A DNA stretch of 62,762 nucleotides, the filler included, from Basidiobolus ranarum (taxonomy: Eukaryota): the NCBI GenBank assembly GCA_040143965.1. It is 24 parts of 24 records of this genome, joined end to end, with 100 filler letters (N's around TTAATTAATTAA, not from the genome) between each part and the next. Parts side by side here need not be neighbours in the genome. Positions count along the whole stretch, not along the records: positions 60,254 to 62,762 come from JASJQH010010133.1; 23 more parts are not named here. One strand, 5' to 3'. Both the position numbers and the translations under genes were made by a program. A model generated the notes under the pieces. The model worked only from the letters and a program-made list of their open reading frames with translations, was not told where the DNA came from and ran no database searches. Positions 60,254-62,762 of the stretch are shown here, piece after piece; the first letter of the stretch is position 1, and every line of letters starts with the position of its first letter.

Positions 60254-61631
60254 AAAATGCTTGCAAATGTCAAGATACCATCATATTTTACCAGGACTCT
60301 CGTCAATATGCACTCATCTAGGCATTTATTCAAATGCAAAGACTGGAAGTATTGGATTTGTATATATTCAAGTGGAATTTTGAAAAGATTTCTGCCTGAT
60401 AAGTATTGGCAATATTGGGAGTTGTTTGTTGATATTCTTAATATATTTTTATGGCATCAACTCACATTGGCATATCTCAGGCAGATACAGTGACTGCGCA
60501 AAGATTTTGTAATTGGATATGAAAAACTTTATTACAGGTTTATAGAAGATAGACTGAATCTATGCCATTATTCAATACACTCCCTGCTGCATCTTTCACA
60601 ATACTTAGAGATTATAGGCCCTTGCTATACATTCTGGGAGTTCCCAATGGAGCACACCTGTGGTGAAATGATGCTCCATGTGAAATTGTTAGTTTTACTG
60701 TATGCTAATCTGTTTAACAATGTATCAGCAAAATCAGTGATGGATGTAATGTGATGGGTTAAGGAGACTCCAGAGTATTTTAACCTGTCAACAAAGGGCT
60801 CTTTTCAATGTGCTCCTGGGTCTTTGCATTGCTTGACCACAATAACAGCAACAAAGCCCAATCCATGGACACAGAGTAAGTACCTTTATAATTGGACTAA
60901 TTTGCTTGTGTGATAATCTGATGGTATTTTTAGGAAAGTTGCAAGATGGACTTCTTGGTGAGATAGATGGAGATATGCATTATTATTGCTTTAGCCATGG
61001 GGTAATCTATTCAAGCAATGACACATCTACTTGTGGCAGGATGTTTGTTGACTGCAAGTTGGGGATATATTGGCTGAATACTTTACGGAAATTGGCCAAA
61101 ATCCAAGAGCTTGTTCTCATTGTGAATGGTAACAAGAGTCAGCTATTTGCTAAGTGTCAGTGCTATTCAAATTTCAGATGTTTAGCAATTTTTTCACCAT
61201 TAGTTTGCTAGTAAAGCATATTGATGTTGTTGAGTTATGTCCATTCAGTCAAGTATGTGCATATATAGAGACTAAACACAACAAGATTCTTGTATTTTTT
61301 GATTCTCATTATGGCTGGAATACAAACCCTAAAAGTGCTACATAAAGGCATGCATATTAATTTGAATTCCTACAGCAATAAACCCAGTAATATGCCATTT
61401 CAGAATTATATTTTTGCAAAAATTGCTGGATATTGAATAATGCATGCCAAATTTGAGGATCAATATTTTAACATATATGAATACTGTTAAGATACCATCA
61501 AGAAACCACCAGCACATAATCAAAATACCTGGCAGAATGCAAGTCAACAAAATTGTGATGGTTCTCTAACGGTTTTCCTATTTTGGAGGGTTGAACCAAT
61601 TTGGATCAAATCAATTTTATTTTTGTTAGGG
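60254..61631 (+). mobile_element. CMC transposase C-terminal half and intact right TIR (ATTTTTGTTAGGG)
   Basis: KIPSYFTR..FKCKDWKYWICIYS..LPDKYWQYWELFV, HSLLHL, WEFPMEH. Terminus at 61631. Confidence 0.87.
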
Positions 61632-61639
61632 TAAAATGA

Positions 61640-62290
61640 GGTCATGTACATATAAGGCCAATAGAACTGGGTTTGTCATACCTGGCCTGAAGTAGATACT
61701 ACAGTCAGCTTTACTCTTTTGAAATTTAGTGTTTCCAAAAAAGCATCTATCTTGCTATTCCAAGTTCTTGAAGATTGTTTTAAGCCATAGAATGTTGTCC
61801 AGAGTCTCCCAGCTTTTTTAGGGTTTCTGGGTCCACAAATCCATCTATCAGGTCTATACAGAACTACTCAATAAGCTCACCATTCAACAAAGCAGTTTCA
61901 TCATCCATTTGATATAAAATAAACAGCTAATTAGCTTAAATTGCTAAAATCAACCTAATTGGATTAAACTTTACTACAGGAGCAAAAGTTTCTGTATAAT
62001 CTATTCCTGATGTTTGGGAATAGATCTTGGCTACTAGTCTAGACTTGTACCTTTCTGCATTGCCATCAGAGTTGTATTTAACTTTAATCACCTATACGCA
62101 GTCAATTGATTTTCTACCATCAGGTAAGTTGGTTAAAATCCAAGTTTGAATAACAATCAAAGCCTGGAGCTCATCAGCCATTCCAAATCTCCAAGATTTT
62201 GTGTGAGGGCCATTCAGGGCCTCTTTTATAGTCTGAGGTTGATGTGTTTGAGCTCTGCAGGTGTAGTCCCAATTTTGGGACTCATTGATA
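61640..62290 (-). mobile_element. Copia reverse transcriptase N-terminal fragment
   Basis: PQTIKEALNGP..TWILTNLPDGRKSI..RYKSRLVAK..GIDYTETFAPVVK..AL.NGEL. Confidence 0.82.
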
Positions 62291-62298
62291 TACTATTC

Positions 62299-62712
62299 TG
62301 TTGAAGTTTATTGTCTCTATCATATTTTTTATCTCTGTCTTTTTACCCTTAACTACTTCATATATCTCATCTAACTATTTCATATATCACATATAAGTTA
62401 GTTAACATTAGTTAATCAAATATGACTTAGCTGAAAATTGGAACATATATTATATATATAAGTAAATAAGGTGAAAATTAGCAATTCCATATTAGAAATT
62501 TCAAACTCATCTGAATTGCCCCAAATTTAGCTTGTTTTACTCCCACAGATGTTCTGAACACAACCCCAGTGTTAGGTCTCCGTATTTCCACCAAAATGTA
62601 TAAATACTTTATATCTGAACAATAAATAATTACCTCACAAAGCTATTCACAACTCCACTTTTCTAAAGTTCCTCCAAACAGCCCATATTTTCCCAATAGG
62701 TTATGAGCCCCA
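62299..62712 (+). mobile_element. Copia 5' LTR-A (62299-62698) and PBS (62699-62712)
   Basis: TGTTGAAG...CAATA directly followed by GGTTATGAGCCCCA. Confidence 0.85.
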
Positions 62713-62762
62713 TGTTCTAACCTTTACAGCATGACAGAAACTACTACTACCACTTTTATTAA

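Noticed and set aside
1..62762. Treating the window as a gene cluster (e.g. Gly-rich proteins plus transporter plus phosphatase)
   Set aside because: The genes lie on different contigs joined only by length order, so no linkage can be inferred.

Overview
This window is not one locus. It is 24 unrelated contigs of about 2.5 kb each, sorted by decreasing length (2529 down to 2509 bp) and joined by 23 identical artificial 100-bp spacers (N44-TTAATTAATTAA-N44). Adjacency across spacers therefore means nothing. The DNA is eukaryotic and AT-rich with short spliceosomal introns, and looks fungal (an early-diverging lineage is an inference). About three quarters of the contigs are nested, CpG-depleted transposon debris. 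This debris includes several Ty1/Copia families (four LTR types, three with a PBS matching the tRNA-iMet anticodon arm), one orphan LTR type, and many fragments of one CMC/EnSpm (CACTA-like) DNA transposon family with CCCTAACA(A/G)AAAT termini and an apparent divergent second gene. The host-gene contigs encode two mucin-like Ser/Thr/Pro repeat proteins, an F-box/RCC1 protein, a probable SDH4-like mitochondrial protein, a tandem trio of secreted Gly/Tyr/Asp/Lys repeat proteins, eIF3e head-to-head with RPL6, a MINPP1-type histidine phosphatase and a sugar porter. The best candidates for novelty are the KK-punctuated Gly/Tyr/Asp secreted repeat cluster, the two-gene CMC element with an unassigned Trp-rich ORF2 domain, and directly visible CpG-targeted mutation of repeats. 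All family calls come from reading motifs by eye; no database search was run.
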